Origin: Bacteroidales bacterium
Lineage (GTDB): Bacteria > Bacteroidota > Bacteroidia > Bacteroidales > WCHB1-69
DNA: 64,000 nucleotides
NCBI GenBank assembly: GCA_016285145.1
Contig: JAEEQE010000003.1
Location: forward strand, 412-64,411
Reading direction: 5' to 3'
Made by a program: the position numbers and the translations under genes. Below, in pieces: positions 40,999 through 50,730 of the stretch (position 1 is its first letter; every line of letters starts with the position of its first letter). The notes beneath the pieces are model-generated. The model searched no databases, was not told the DNA's origin, and saw only the letters and a list, made by a program, of their open reading frames with translations.

Positions 40999-42402
40999 AT
41001 GGAGCCATCTTTATTCAGGAAACGCACGCTCTCTTTCCAACCCTTTCGCATTCATGACAAATCACTGTTCCAACGCCTTATGCGAGGCAACGGACGTATA
41101 TGCGACCATACCTTTGCCAACCTGTTTGCCTGGCAGCAGACCTTCGGCAATCAATGGGCCGAATACGGTGACCACCTGATTGTACGCTCCCGCACATTCG
41201 CACACAATGAGCACTCCAAATACATGATTCTGCCGGACATCCTGTCCCCAAACCTTCCGGAAATCCTTCACCTGATTGAGGAAGATGCCGGATCTCGCTC
41301 ATTCAGTCTTGTGCAGCTTTCATCGAAAGAAATCCAACATCTCGAACAGCTATGTCCAGGACAATTCATGTTTGACACATCCCGCGACATGTCGGACTAT
41401 CTTTATAACACAAAGGACTTCCATACATACCATGGACGGAAGCTGGCTGCAAAACGCAATCATGTAAACAAGTTCAAATCCTTATACGCCTATCATTACG
41501 AAGTGCTCACTCCGGATTTGTTTGAGCAATGCATGCGATTGGAACGGATCTGGCGTTCCGAGCAACATGGCGACACCGCTCAACTGGGAGAGGAAGAAAA
41601 AGCCATCCGCCTGTTCTTTGCCCATTACGAAGATTTGGAATTGACCGGCGGGGCCCTGTTTGTGAAAAACGAGCTGGTGGCATTCACCTTCGGGTCTCCC
41701 ATTAATGAAGATACCTTTGACATCCACATTGAGAAGGCGGATACCCGCTATGAAGGAGTGTTTCCCATGATCAGCCAGCTTTTCGCGCAGCGTCTTGCAC
41801 CTCAATATCAGTATGTTAACCGCGAAGAGGATTTAGGTCTGGCCGGATTGCGCCAATCGAAACTGTCGTACCAACCCCTACACTTGGAAGACAAAATCAG
41901 TGCCCGTCCTCTGACCGAAGAGCTTTGCGACATCATCTGCCTGTGGCGCGACTGTTTTCACGACGAGACATCTTTCCTACATTCCGTATTATCACGCTTT
42001 TACGACAAATCGCGAATGTTTGTACGGAAATTCGACGGCAAGATCGTATCCTCCTGCCTGCTGATACCCTGTGATTCACCCATCGGCAAAATCGGCTATC
42101 TTTATGCCATCTCCACTGCCGAGCGTCAACGACGACAAGGATTGGCGGCGCAAGTGACCCAAGAAGCCATCGCTCACGCACGCAATCAAGGCATGAGCGC
42201 CGTGGCCCTGATTCCCGCCGATGAAGGGCTGCAACGTTACTATACCCGATTCGGCTTCGAACCGCATTCATATCCGATACGTTTTGAAAGTGACTGCGAT
42301 TTAGGCACTGGCGACCCATCGAAGGATTATCCCATGTTCCTGAATTTGAAGGACAAGCCCATTCCGGCAATCGAGCTGGTTTGCACACCCGATGACGTAT
42401 AA
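40999..42402 (+). CDS. DUF2156 (lysyl-PG-synthase C-terminal-like) domain fused to GNAT N-acetyltransferase
   Basis: N-terminal ...DHTFANLFAWQQTFG... is typical of DUF2156. C-terminal ...RRQGLAAQVTQEAIAHARNQG... is a GNAT motif A. Confidence 0.6.
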   Translation: MEPSLFRKRTLSFQPFRIHDKSLFQRLMRGNGRICDHTFANLFAWQQTFGNQWAEYGDHLIVRSRTFAHNEHSKYMILPDILSPNLPEILHLIEEDAGSRSFSLVQLSSKEIQHLEQLCPGQFMFDTSRDMSDYLYNTKDFHTYHGRKLAAKRNHVNKFKSLYAYHYEVLTPDLFEQCMRLERIWRSEQHGDTAQLGEEEKAIRLFFAHYEDLELTGGALFVKNELVAFTFGSPINEDTFDIHIEKADTRYEGVFPMISQLFAQRLAPQYQYVNREEDLGLAGLRQSKLSYQPLHLEDKISARPLTEELCDIICLWRDCFHDETSFLHSVLSRFYDKSRMFVRKFDGKIVSSCLLIPCDSPIGKIGYLYAISTAERQRRQGLAAQVTQEAIAHARNQGMSAVALIPADEGLQRYYTRFGFEPHSYPIRFESDCDLGTGDPSKDYPMFLNLKDKPIPAIELVCTPDDV

Positions 42403-42448
42403 CGAACCAGCATTGCATGAAAAGAGTTTTTCGCAACATATTTTTTTG

Positions 42449-42456
42449 TACCTTTG
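42449..42456 (+). promoter_or_regulatory. -7 promoter box TACCTTTG for tRNA-Leu
   Basis: Lies 17 nt upstream of the tRNA 5' end. Part of a 20-nt block shared with the tRNA-Ser promoter. Confidence 0.6.
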
Positions 42457-42472
42457 CGCCCTCAAAAAAAAA

Positions 42473-42553
42473 GCGGATGTGGCGTAATGGTAGCCGCGCC
42501 AGACTTAGGATCTGGTGGCGAAAGCCGTGGGGGTTCGAGTCCCCCCATCCGCA
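42473..42553 (+). tRNA. tRNA-Leu (anticodon TAG)
   Basis: Acceptor GCGGATG/CATCCGC, anticodon arm CCAGA-CTTAGGA-TCTGG, long variable arm and T-arm GGGGG-TTCGAGT-CCCCC. Confidence 0.9.
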
Positions 42554-42563
42554 CAAGGCGACT

Positions 42564-42595
42564 GGCGAGAGTGTATCACCCTCGCCTTTTTTTTT
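42564..42595 (+). terminator. Intrinsic terminator after tRNA-Leu
   Basis: GGCGAGAGTG-TAT-CACCCTCGCC hairpin followed by T9. Confidence 0.8.
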
Positions 42596-42611
42596 GCAAC
42601 ATGGAAGACAA

Positions 42612-42643
42612 AAGCACCCCGCTCTTTTCAGAGCGGGGTGCTT
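42612..42643 (-). terminator. Hairpin terminator downstream of the mmd operon
   Basis: Perfect 13-bp stem AAGCACCCCGCTC / GAGCGGGGTGCTT with a 6-nt loop, 38 nt after the mmdB stop. The T-tract is weak. Confidence 0.6.
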
Positions 42644-42680
42644 ATCTTAATGCGAAGCAGGGTCTCTACCCTACCATATA

Positions 42681-43826
42681 TTAATATAAAAAGCTCAACA
42701 GGATACCGGCGGCCACAGCACTACCGATCACACCGGCCACATTGGGACCCATGGCGTGCATCAGCAGGTAGTTGGTCTTGTCGTACTTCATGCCCTCCAC
42801 GTACGATACACGCGCGGCATCGGGCACGGCGGAGACACCAGCGTTACCGATAAGCGGGTTGATCTTGTTGCCCTCTTTCAGGAAGAGGTTCAGGAACTTC
42901 ACGAAAAGCACACCCGTAGCCGTTGCCACCACAAAGGAGAAAGCACCCAGCACGAAGATCAGGATGGACTTCGGCGTGAGGAAGTTGGTGGCCTGCGTGG
43001 AGGCACCTACCGTAAGACCGATGAGGATGGTCACGATGTCGATCAGCGGACCGGAGGCCGTGTTGGCTAAACGTTTGGTCACGCCGCACTCTTTCAACAG
43101 GTTGCCGAAGAAGAGCATACCCAACAATGGGATACCCGACGGCACGAGGAAAGCGGTGAGCAGGATACAGAACAGCGGGAAGAGCACTTTCTCACGATGC
43201 GTGACGGCGCGGGGCGGACGCATACGGATGAGACGCTCCTTCTCGTTGGTGAACAGGCGCATGATGGGCGGTTGGATCACCGGCACCAATGCCATGTAGG
43301 AATATGCCGACACGGCGATGGCCCCCATCAAACTCGGAGCCAACTTGGAAGACAAGAAGATGGCGGTAGGACCGTCAGCACCACCGATGATGCCGATAGC
43401 ACCGGCTTCCATAGGCGTGAAGCCCAACAACAGCGCCGTGGCATAGGCGGCGAAAATGCCGAACTGGGCGGCAGCACCCACCAGAATCAACTTCGGATTG
43501 GATATCAGCGCCGAAAAGTCGGTCATGGCCCCGATACCCAAGAATATCAATGGCGGGTAGAAGCCCTTGATGACGCCGAAATAAAGATAGTTCAACACGG
43601 CACCGTTCTCATACACACCGATTTGCAGACCGTCGGTAAACGGAATGTTACCGATAATCATACCGAATCCGATGGGCACGAGCAGCATCGGCTCAAACTC
43701 TTTGATCACACCCAACGCGATAAAGAACAAGCCGATACAAATCATGATGATATGGCCCCACGTGCAGTTTCCGAAACCGGAATAGCCGAAGAACTGGATG
43801 AGACCCTCTTTAAAAAATTCAAACAT
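42681..43826 (-). CDS. mmdB: Sodium-ion-translocating decarboxylase beta subunit
   Basis: Polytopic OadB/MmdB family sequence (...FEPMLLVPIGFGMIIGNIP...). Confidence 0.9.
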   Translation of the reverse strand: MFEFFKEGLIQFFGYSGFGNCTWGHIIMICIGLFFIALGVIKEFEPMLLVPIGFGMIIGNIPFTDGLQIGVYENGAVLNYLYFGVIKGFYPPLIFLGIGAMTDFSALISNPKLILVGAAAQFGIFAAYATALLLGFTPMEAGAIGIIGGADGPTAIFLSSKLAPSLMGAIAVSAYSYMALVPVIQPPIMRLFTNEKERLIRMRPPRAVTHREKVLFPLFCILLTAFLVPSGIPLLGMLFFGNLLKECGVTKRLANTASGPLIDIVTILIGLTVGASTQATNFLTPKSILIFVLGAFSFVVATATGVLFVKFLNLFLKEGNKINPLIGNAGVSAVPDAARVSYVEGMKYDKTNYLLMHAMGPNVAGVIGSAVAAGILLSFLY

Positions 43827-43868
43827 TTCTTTCTGATTTAGTTGTGTAACTTGTTGATTAACGTTGGA

Positions 43869-44321
43869 TTATTCAAAAACCACGAGCACATCGCCTTCCA
43901 TGACGGAGTCGCTGCGGTGTACTCTCACCTCCTTGATAACACCATCCTTCTCGGCATCGATGTTGTTCTCCATCTTCATGGCCTCGAGGAGGAAGAGGCG
44001 TTGGCCAGCCTTCACGCTGTCGCCCTCCTTGCAGAAGACGTCCAGGATGGTGCCTGGCAGCGGCGACTTGAGCGTGGCACCGGCTGCCGTAGCGGCTGCG
44101 GGCGCACTCTTCACGTTGGCCGGGGCGGCGGCAGGTGCACTCTTCTGGGCACCGGCGTTCACCATCACCACGGGTTTCACCTTCACGGGAGCCTTCACCT
44201 CCGTCTCCAGTTCCACCTTGTAAGGGGTTCCGTTGACCTCTACATTAACAGCATTGTTTTCTATATCACCAACTTCGACGGAATACTTGTTACCGTTGAT
44301 CGTAAATTTATAATTTTTCAT
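43869..44321 (-). CDS. mmdC: Biotin carboxyl carrier subunit of methylmalonyl-CoA decarboxylase
   Basis: Biotinylation motif EAMKMEN with an Ala/Pro linker. Confidence 0.88.
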   Translation of the reverse strand: MKNYKFTINGNKYSVEVGDIENNAVNVEVNGTPYKVELETEVKAPVKVKPVVMVNAGAQKSAPAAAPANVKSAPAAATAAGATLKSPLPGTILDVFCKEGDSVKAGQRLFLLEAMKMENNIDAEKDGVIKEVRVHRSDSVMEGDVLVVFE

Positions 44322-44341
44322 ACTTCAAAATCTTTTTTAGG

Positions 44342-45310
44342 TTATTTTCTTTTTAACGGGGTTCTCTTCATGGTGAGTTCCTTCTGAGCCCACGGGGAAT
44401 AATGCTTAGAGGGCATGTTGATGGTGATAACCTCGCTTTCCTCGTCGTGCATGCTGTTGAAATGCAAATGCAACGCGGTGGCGATGGCGGCAGCCTCCTC
44501 ACCAGTGAGCTGATCATCATCATCCTTATTCTCTTTCACATCTGCCACATTGGCCACGGTCGGAGTCTCCGTCTTCTTGGAATTCTTCTGCGCCAGCTTC
44601 TTGGAGCTCCAGCCGAACAGCTTCAGCATCGCAAAGATAAGAATCAAAGCCGTGAACACCACCGACATGGAGATGATAGCCAGACCGATACCGTACGGGT
44701 CATCGCGTTTCAGACGCTCCTGTTTGGAGACTTTGGTGCTGGTGACATTGGACGAACCTGGCGTAAACTGATTGAGGAATCCAGCGTTGTCGGTAATACC
44801 ATCTTCCACCAAACCGTATGAGAGCGCCGTGTCCATCAGCTGCTCCTTCGGGTAATACATCATGTCAATCAGATCCTTTCCGTCAGCGGAAATAAGGGCG
44901 ATATAGTTGGTTTTGGAAGTACGAGGGTCGAAATTCACGTGGAAGGTACCATACAGCGGCTCGGCATCCAAATAGAACACTATGTAGGTACGCTGGGGCA
45001 TATTGGTGTTAATGTCCGTCTTCGGGATGCGGTACCAGTGCTCCGGCTCAACGCCGCCTTTTTTCTTCCCGGCGGCAAAACCGGTCGTGTCGTCGGTAAG
45101 ATAGCAGCCGGCGAGGTTGACCGTGTTGTAGGCCGTATTGAAAATCTCAACCCAAGGCACATGACGACCATATTCATCGTCAAAGTTGTCTGTATTCTTA
45201 ATCAGAATCTCGTTGAAGCGCAGGTCGCGCACCGACTGCCCGAAGGTGGAGCCGGCGATGAGCAGGGCTGCAAACAAGACCAGATATTTGGTAAATGATT
45301 TCATATTCAT
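44342..45310 (-). CDS. OadG-family (decarboxylase gamma/delta-type) subunit fused to an N-terminal lamin-tail-like domain
   Basis: Signal peptide from the ATG at 45310. LRFNEILIKNTD...WVEIFNTAYNTVNLAGCYLTDD resembles an LTD. A TM helix GIGLAIISMSVVFTALILIFAMLKLFG lies in the C-terminal half. Confidence 0.6.
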   Translation of the reverse strand: MNMKSFTKYLVLFAALLIAGSTFGQSVRDLRFNEILIKNTDNFDDEYGRHVPWVEIFNTAYNTVNLAGCYLTDDTTGFAAGKKKGGVEPEHWYRIPKTDINTNMPQRTYIVFYLDAEPLYGTFHVNFDPRTSKTNYIALISADGKDLIDMMYYPKEQLMDTALSYGLVEDGITDNAGFLNQFTPGSSNVTSTKVSKQERLKRDDPYGIGLAIISMSVVFTALILIFAMLKLFGWSSKKLAQKNSKKTETPTVANVADVKENKDDDDQLTGEEAAAIATALHLHFNSMHDEESEVITINMPSKHYSPWAQKELTMKRTPLKRK

Positions 45311-45394
45311 TATGTTTTTTGTTGAGGCGAATGTAAGTCGTAAGGGCAAATACGATTCGTTGGTGCGAATGCGATTGCCCTTACGGGATTATGG

Positions 45395-46954
45395 TTACAA
45401 CGGCAGGTTATCGTGCTTTTTGGCCGGGTTCTCCAGACGTTTGTTCTTGAGGGATTCGAGGGCGCGGATCACGCGGAAACGGGTGTTGCGCGGCTCAATC
45501 ACATCATCCATGTAGCCGTACTGGGCAGCCACGTACGGGTTAGAGAACTTATTGCGATAATCCTCCACCTTCTCGTTGAGGAAGGCGGCCTTCTCTGCCG
45601 GGTCTTCGATCTTCTTCATCTGGGAACCGTAGAGAATCTCAGCGGCACCGCTGCCACCCATGACGGCGATCTCAGCCGTAGGCCATGCGTAGTTGATGTC
45701 GCCACGCAGATGCTTGGAACTCATCACGCAGTAGGCGCCACCATAGTTCTTACGCAGGGTGATGGTGACTTTGGGAACAGTACATTCGCCGTAAGCGTAC
45801 AGCAACTTGGCACCATGCAGGATGATGCCGCCGTACTCTTGGCCCGTGCCGGGCAGGAAACCGGGCACATCCACCAACGTCACGATGGGAATGTTGAAGG
45901 CGTCGCAGAAACGCACGAAACGCGCACCCTTGCGGGAAGCGTTGATATCGAGCACACCGGCCAGATATTTGGGCTGGTTGGCCACAATACCGACCGACAT
46001 TCCGTTGAAGCGGGCGAAGCCGATCACGATATTGGGAGCATACAACGGCTGGATTTCCAAGAACTTGCCATCATCGACAATGCCGTTAATCACATCCTTC
46101 ACGTCATACGGCGTGTTCGGATTGTCGGGGATGATGGAGTTGAGGCTGTCTTCCAGACGGTTGATCGGATCCTCCGTCGGCTCGAAAGGCGGTTCCTCCA
46201 TGTTGTTGGACGGGATATAGCTGATGAGCTCACGCAGCATAGCGATACCCTCCTCCTCGTTTTCCACCGCGAAATGGGCCACACCGGACTTCTTGGAGTG
46301 CACCGTGGCACCGCCAAGGTCTTCGGTAGTCACATCCTCGTTGGTCACCGTTTTCACCACCTTGGGACCCGTCACGAACATATAGCTCGTGTTTTTGGTC
46401 ATCATGATGAAGTCGGTAAGAGCGGGCGAATAGACCGCACCGCCGGCACAAGGACCGAAAATAGCGGAAATCTGAGGGATCACACCGGATGCCAGGATGT
46501 TACGCTGGAATATCTCGGCATAGCCGGCCAAGCTGTTCACACCCTCCTGGATACGAGCCCCACCGGAATCGTTGAAGCCGATGACAGGTGCGCCCACCTT
46601 CATGGCCTGGTCCATCACCTTACAGATCTTCAACGCGAAGGTCTCGGAAAGGGAACCTCCGAACACGGTGAAATCCTGGGAAAAAACATAGACCAGACGG
46701 CCGTTGACGGTACCGTAACCGGTGACGACACCATCGGAGAGGTATTTTTCCTTCTCCAGACCGAAGTTCTGGCAACGGTGTTGAACAAACATATCGAACT
46801 CCTCGAAGCTGCCTTCGTCGAGGAACATCAGGATGCGTTCACGGGCAGAATACTTGCCTTTGGCATGTTGCTTCTCGATTCTGTCCTGACCGCCGCCCAA
46901 ACGAGCCTTCTCGCGCAAGGCGAGCAACTCGTTGATTTTATCTTGCATTGTCAT
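45395..46954 (-). CDS. mmdA: Methylmalonyl-CoA decarboxylase alpha subunit (carboxyltransferase)
   Basis: Full-length acyl-CoA carboxylase beta-chain / MmdA similarity. A TATTTTTG box lies at 47021-47028 (minus strand). Confidence 0.9.
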   Translation of the reverse strand: MTMQDKINELLALREKARLGGGQDRIEKQHAKGKYSARERILMFLDEGSFEEFDMFVQHRCQNFGLEKEKYLSDGVVTGYGTVNGRLVYVFSQDFTVFGGSLSETFALKICKVMDQAMKVGAPVIGFNDSGGARIQEGVNSLAGYAEIFQRNILASGVIPQISAIFGPCAGGAVYSPALTDFIMMTKNTSYMFVTGPKVVKTVTNEDVTTEDLGGATVHSKKSGVAHFAVENEEEGIAMLRELISYIPSNNMEEPPFEPTEDPINRLEDSLNSIIPDNPNTPYDVKDVINGIVDDGKFLEIQPLYAPNIVIGFARFNGMSVGIVANQPKYLAGVLDINASRKGARFVRFCDAFNIPIVTLVDVPGFLPGTGQEYGGIILHGAKLLYAYGECTVPKVTITLRKNYGGAYCVMSSKHLRGDINYAWPTAEIAVMGGSGAAEILYGSQMKKIEDPAEKAAFLNEKVEDYRNKFSNPYVAAQYGYMDDVIEPRNTRFRVIRALESLKNKRLENPAKKHDNLPL

Positions 46955-47065
46955 AAATTATTGATATTTAGTAATTTGTAATAAAATAATATTCGATTTT
47001 CGTAAATATTATACCAGCTGCAAAAATAATTTTTTTTCGGCATAAAAACAATAGCAAAAAACGGT

Positions 47066-47911
47066 TTACGCCTCGTTTTTTATATGCACATCCATCTGGT
47101 TGAACGGGATTTCCAAACTCTCTTCCCGGAAGGCGTTGTAGATTCCCTCGTTCAGTGTGAAAATGGTTTTCCAATAGTTTTCCGGGAGGGTCCATGCGTA
47201 AAGCCGCATGTTGAGGGCGCTGTCGCCGAAATTCTCCAAAGTGGCGAACGCTGCGGGTTCTTGCAGCACCATCGGGTTTTCGGCGGCCACACGCAGCATC
47301 ACAGCTTTGGCTTTTTCCACAGACATGCCGTAGGCCAGCCCCACGTCGATGGTCACGCGGCGTTGCGGAAGACTAAAGTGGTTGACCATCGACTTGGTGG
47401 CCAGCTCGGTGTTGGGCACAATGATTTTGCGGGCATCATACGTGCGCAGCGTGGTGTTGAAAATCTGTATGTTTTCCACAAAACCCGCATACGATCCCTG
47501 CTCGATGTAGTCGCCTACCTTGAAGGGTCTGAGCAGCAGGATGATGACCCCGCCGGCGAAATTCTGCAACGTGCCCTGCAACGCCATGCCGATGGCCACA
47601 CCGGCGGCACCAAGTATGGCGATGAACGAGGTCATCTGGATACCAAGGATGCCCATCACCGTGAGGACGAGCAGCACTTTCAGGACGATGTCAATCAGCG
47701 AGTGCAGGAACTGCTGCAACGATGCATCGACCTTGTGGCGGTCGTACGTCCGTTTCATGAAACGGTTCAACAGGTTGATGAGCTTCCAGCCCACAAACAG
47801 CACGATGCCGGCCACAATCAGCTTGGGCACGTACTGGAACACGATGTTGTTTAAGAATTGCTTCGCCCCGCTGGCGAAGGATTCCCACATGGTAAGAGTT
47901 GTTTTTTCCAT
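47066..47911 (-). CDS. Mechanosensitive ion channel (MscS family)
   Basis: Three TM helices followed by ...LQNFAGGVIILLLRPFKVGDYIE... A TATTTTTG box lies at 47954-47961 (minus strand). Confidence 0.85.
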   Translation of the reverse strand: MEKTTLTMWESFASGAKQFLNNIVFQYVPKLIVAGIVLFVGWKLINLLNRFMKRTYDRHKVDASLQQFLHSLIDIVLKVLLVLTVMGILGIQMTSFIAILGAAGVAIGMALQGTLQNFAGGVIILLLRPFKVGDYIEQGSYAGFVENIQIFNTTLRTYDARKIIVPNTELATKSMVNHFSLPQRRVTIDVGLAYGMSVEKAKAVMLRVAAENPMVLQEPAAFATLENFGDSALNMRLYAWTLPENYWKTIFTLNEGIYNAFREESLEIPFNQMDVHIKNEA

Positions 47912-48048
47912 ATCGTTGATAGAATGATTGTTACCCTCATTTTATTCAGACGGCAAAAATACACAAAATCAACGAATTTCCCTGTCCGCTCTAATCAAAG
48001 AAAATACACAAACAACCGTTTGCTCTTTGCTCTAAATTTAATATAAAT

Positions 48049-48540
48049 TTAGTATAAATCAATCCATTCGTATTCATTCTGCATATAATCCAAGAAACGG
48101 AGGAAGTCTGTGCGGGGCACCATCAGCGAAGCCGTATTGACACAAGGATGGAAACTCAATCTTTCAGCATCCTTCAATTTCGAGTCGATGAAGACATGCA
48201 CATGGTGCTCCACATCATTTATCAAGCCGAAGGGTGTCACCGAGCCGGGCTGCACGCCGAGGTACTTCATCAGACGCGGCTCCGAGGCGAAACTGAGCTT
48301 GCCCTGATGCAACTGCTTTTCAATGGCATGGATATCCATATTCTGGTCGCAGTCGAGCAGCACCAGATAATGGCGGTTGCCCTTGTGGTTCCGGAAGAAG
48401 AGGTTTTTGCAGTGGCGCGCATCGTGACCGGCCCAGTACTGTTTGGCAATCTCAATGGTGGGCGCCGGCGGATGCTCTATATATTCGTATGGAATATGCA
48501 ATTCGTCCAAAAGAGCGTATAATTTCGGATCTCCGTTCAT
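48049..48540 (-). CDS. Prolyl-tRNA synthetase-associated (YbaK/ProX-like) deacylase domain protein
   Basis: 163 aa; ...HCKNLFFRNHKGNRHYLVLL... is typical of this family. Confidence 0.7.
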   Translation of the reverse strand: MNGDPKLYALLDELHIPYEYIEHPPAPTIEIAKQYWAGHDARHCKNLFFRNHKGNRHYLVLLDCDQNMDIHAIEKQLHQGKLSFASEPRLMKYLGVQPGSVTPFGLINDVEHHVHVFIDSKLKDAERLSFHPCVNTASLMVPRTDFLRFLDYMQNEYEWIDLY

Positions 48541-48591
48541 AACTTTATAATAATATTAAATGTAAAAAAAGCAGATGACAGCATCGGGTGT

Positions 48592-50730
48592 CTATTTGTC
48601 AAGATTCAGGGAGAGGCTGATTCGTTTCCGCTCGACCTCCACACCGATGACGCGCACCATCACCTTCTGGTTCAAATGGACCACTTCATGGGGATTATCA
48701 ACCCTATGGTCTGCCATATTGCTGACGTGGACAAGGCCGTCCTGATGCACGCCGATATCGACGAAACAGCCGAAATTGGTGATGTTGGTCACGATGCCGG
48801 GAAGTACCATGCCAGGTTGCACATCGTTGATGGTACGCACATTCTTGTCAAATTCGAACATCTCGAACGAGCTGCGCGGGTCACGCCCGGGCTTGTCCAA
48901 CTCGGCCATTATGTCCGTCAGCGTGGGCATTCCCACCTTGTCGGAGAGGTAGTGCGTCAGGTTGATGTTCTGCCGGATGTCGGCATGGCTCATCAGGTCG
49001 GCCACCGAGCAGTGCATGTCGCGGGCCATGGCCTGCACCACAGGATAGCTCTCGGGATGCACGGCGCTGCGGTCAAGAGGGTTCTCCGCATCGCGGATGC
49101 GCAGGAAGCCCGCCGCCTGTTCGAAGGCTTTGGCGCCGAAGCGGGGCACCAGCCGCAGGCTCTCGCGAGAGGGGAATGCGCCGTGCTCGTTGCGGTAATC
49201 GACGATATTCTGCGCCAGCGCCGGCCCCACGCCCGACACATACGACAACAACTCCTTGCTGGCGGTGTTCAGTTCCACGCCCACCCTGTTCACACAACTC
49301 TCCACCGTAGCCTCAAGACTTTCCTGCAGACGTTTCTGGTTCACGTCGTGCTGGTACTGCCCCACCCCGATGGATTTCGGGTCAATCTTGACCAACTCGG
49401 CCAGCGGGTCCATAAGTCGCCGACCGATGGAGACCGCGCCACGCACGGTGACATCGTAGTCAGGAAATTCGGCACGGGCCACGGGCGATGCGGAATAGAC
49501 AGACGCGCCGCTCTCGTTGACCATGAAGGCTTTCACCTCCCGCTCGAAGGGGATGTGACGGATGAAGTTCTCCGTCTCCCGTCCGGCGGTGCCGTTGCCA
49601 ATGGCGATGGCATCCACCTTGTACTGTAGCACCAGCCGCTTGAGCTTGTCAGAGGCCAGCCGGTACTGTGCCACGGGCGGATGGGGGTAGATGGTCTCGT
49701 TATGCAGCAGCTTGCCCTGCGGGTTCAGGATCACTACTTTGCAGCCGGTGCGGAAACCGGGATCGACGGCCAGCGTCGTCACCTGGCCGAGCGGGGCGGC
49801 CATCAGCAATTGCCGGAGGTTCTGCACAAACACCCCGATGGCCTCCGTGTCGGCCTTGTCCTTATAGTATTTGCGCATCTCCGTCTCCATCTGGGGCTGC
49901 AGCAGACGTTTGTAAGCATCTTCCGCGGCCATCCACACCTGCTGTGCGCTGTTGGTGTTGTTTTTCAGCAACGCGCGTTTAATCATGGAAAGTGTTTTGT
50001 CTTCGTCCGGAGCAATGGTGAGGCGCAAGATACCCTCCTCCTCGCCACGGAGCATGGCCAGCACGCGGTGCGACGGTGCCTTGGGCAGGAACTCCTCCGC
50101 ATGATAGTAAATCCGGTATTTCTCGCCCTCATCCACCTTGTCGGGAATGAGGCGCGTGCGGATACGGCTGTGCTGCCGGAAAGTGCTGCGCAAGCGGGCA
50201 CGCAACGACACGTTCTCGCTGATGCGCTCGGCGATGATGTCACGGGCGCCGGCCAGCGCCGCCCCCACATCCGCCACACCCTTGTCAGGGTTGACAAACG
50301 GTTTCGCTTCCTTTTCCAGATCCAGCTGACGTTGGGAAACAAGTATCTTGGCCAACGGTTCCAGACCGCGTTCCACCGCCACCGAGGCGCGGGTTTTGCG
50401 TTTGGGCCGGTATGGCAGGTATAGATCTTCCAAGACGCCGAGGGTGGCGGCCTCCTCTATTTGCGTCTCCAGTTCTGGCGTTAACTTGCCCTGTTCGCGA
50501 ATAGAATCCAAGATGGCGGCCCTGCGCTTGTCAAGTTCCACCCAGCGGTTCCGCAAGTCGCGTATCTGCCCGATCTGGACCTCATCCAGACTGCCGGTCG
50601 CCTCTTTGCGGTAACGGGAAATAAAAGGGATGGTGGCTCCACCGTCCAACAAATCGAGTGTGTTTTGAACCTGTTCTACGGAGAGGTTCATCTCCTGGGC
50701 TATAAGCTGCGCGTAGTTGCGGGTTGTCAT
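48592..50730 (-). CDS. tex: Tex-like transcription accessory protein (YqgF + HhH + S1 domains)
   Basis: N-terminal ...TIPFISRYRKEATG... and a C-terminal S1 domain ...GIVTNITNFGCFVDIG... Confidence 0.9.
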   Translation of the reverse strand: MTTRNYAQLIAQEMNLSVEQVQNTLDLLDGGATIPFISRYRKEATGSLDEVQIGQIRDLRNRWVELDKRRAAILDSIREQGKLTPELETQIEEAATLGVLEDLYLPYRPKRKTRASVAVERGLEPLAKILVSQRQLDLEKEAKPFVNPDKGVADVGAALAGARDIIAERISENVSLRARLRSTFRQHSRIRTRLIPDKVDEGEKYRIYYHAEEFLPKAPSHRVLAMLRGEEEGILRLTIAPDEDKTLSMIKRALLKNNTNSAQQVWMAAEDAYKRLLQPQMETEMRKYYKDKADTEAIGVFVQNLRQLLMAAPLGQVTTLAVDPGFRTGCKVVILNPQGKLLHNETIYPHPPVAQYRLASDKLKRLVLQYKVDAIAIGNGTAGRETENFIRHIPFEREVKAFMVNESGASVYSASPVARAEFPDYDVTVRGAVSIGRRLMDPLAELVKIDPKSIGVGQYQHDVNQKRLQESLEATVESCVNRVGVELNTASKELLSYVSGVGPALAQNIVDYRNEHGAFPSRESLRLVPRFGAKAFEQAAGFLRIRDAENPLDRSAVHPESYPVVQAMARDMHCSVADLMSHADIRQNINLTHYLSDKVGMPTLTDIMAELDKPGRDPRSSFEMFEFDKNVRTINDVQPGMVLPGIVTNITNFGCFVDIGVHQDGLVHVSNMADHRVDNPHEVVHLNQKVMVRVIGVEVERKRISLSLNLDK

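Noticed and set aside
45413-46981. Very long antisense ORFs: 522 aa opposite mmdA, 10184-11566 opposite uvrA, 60570-61916 opposite hsdM, 26318-27463 opposite fumC, 5628-6749 opposite the C10 peptidase, plus others at 15176, 17140, 29419, 31565, 38277, 48676, 51186, 53045, 55052 and 58685
   Set aside because: Each is the mirror frame of a gene with clear family motifs. Their translations are low-complexity (rich in H, R, G, V) with no recognisable domains. These are typical shadow ORFs.
50727-50730. ATGA stop/start overlaps (adhesin-tex, DUF4290-ABC, permease-barrel, hsdS-ORF554) as a special signal
   Set aside because: Four-nucleotide overlaps are common translational coupling in compact operons. 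They were used only as supporting evidence for start sites.
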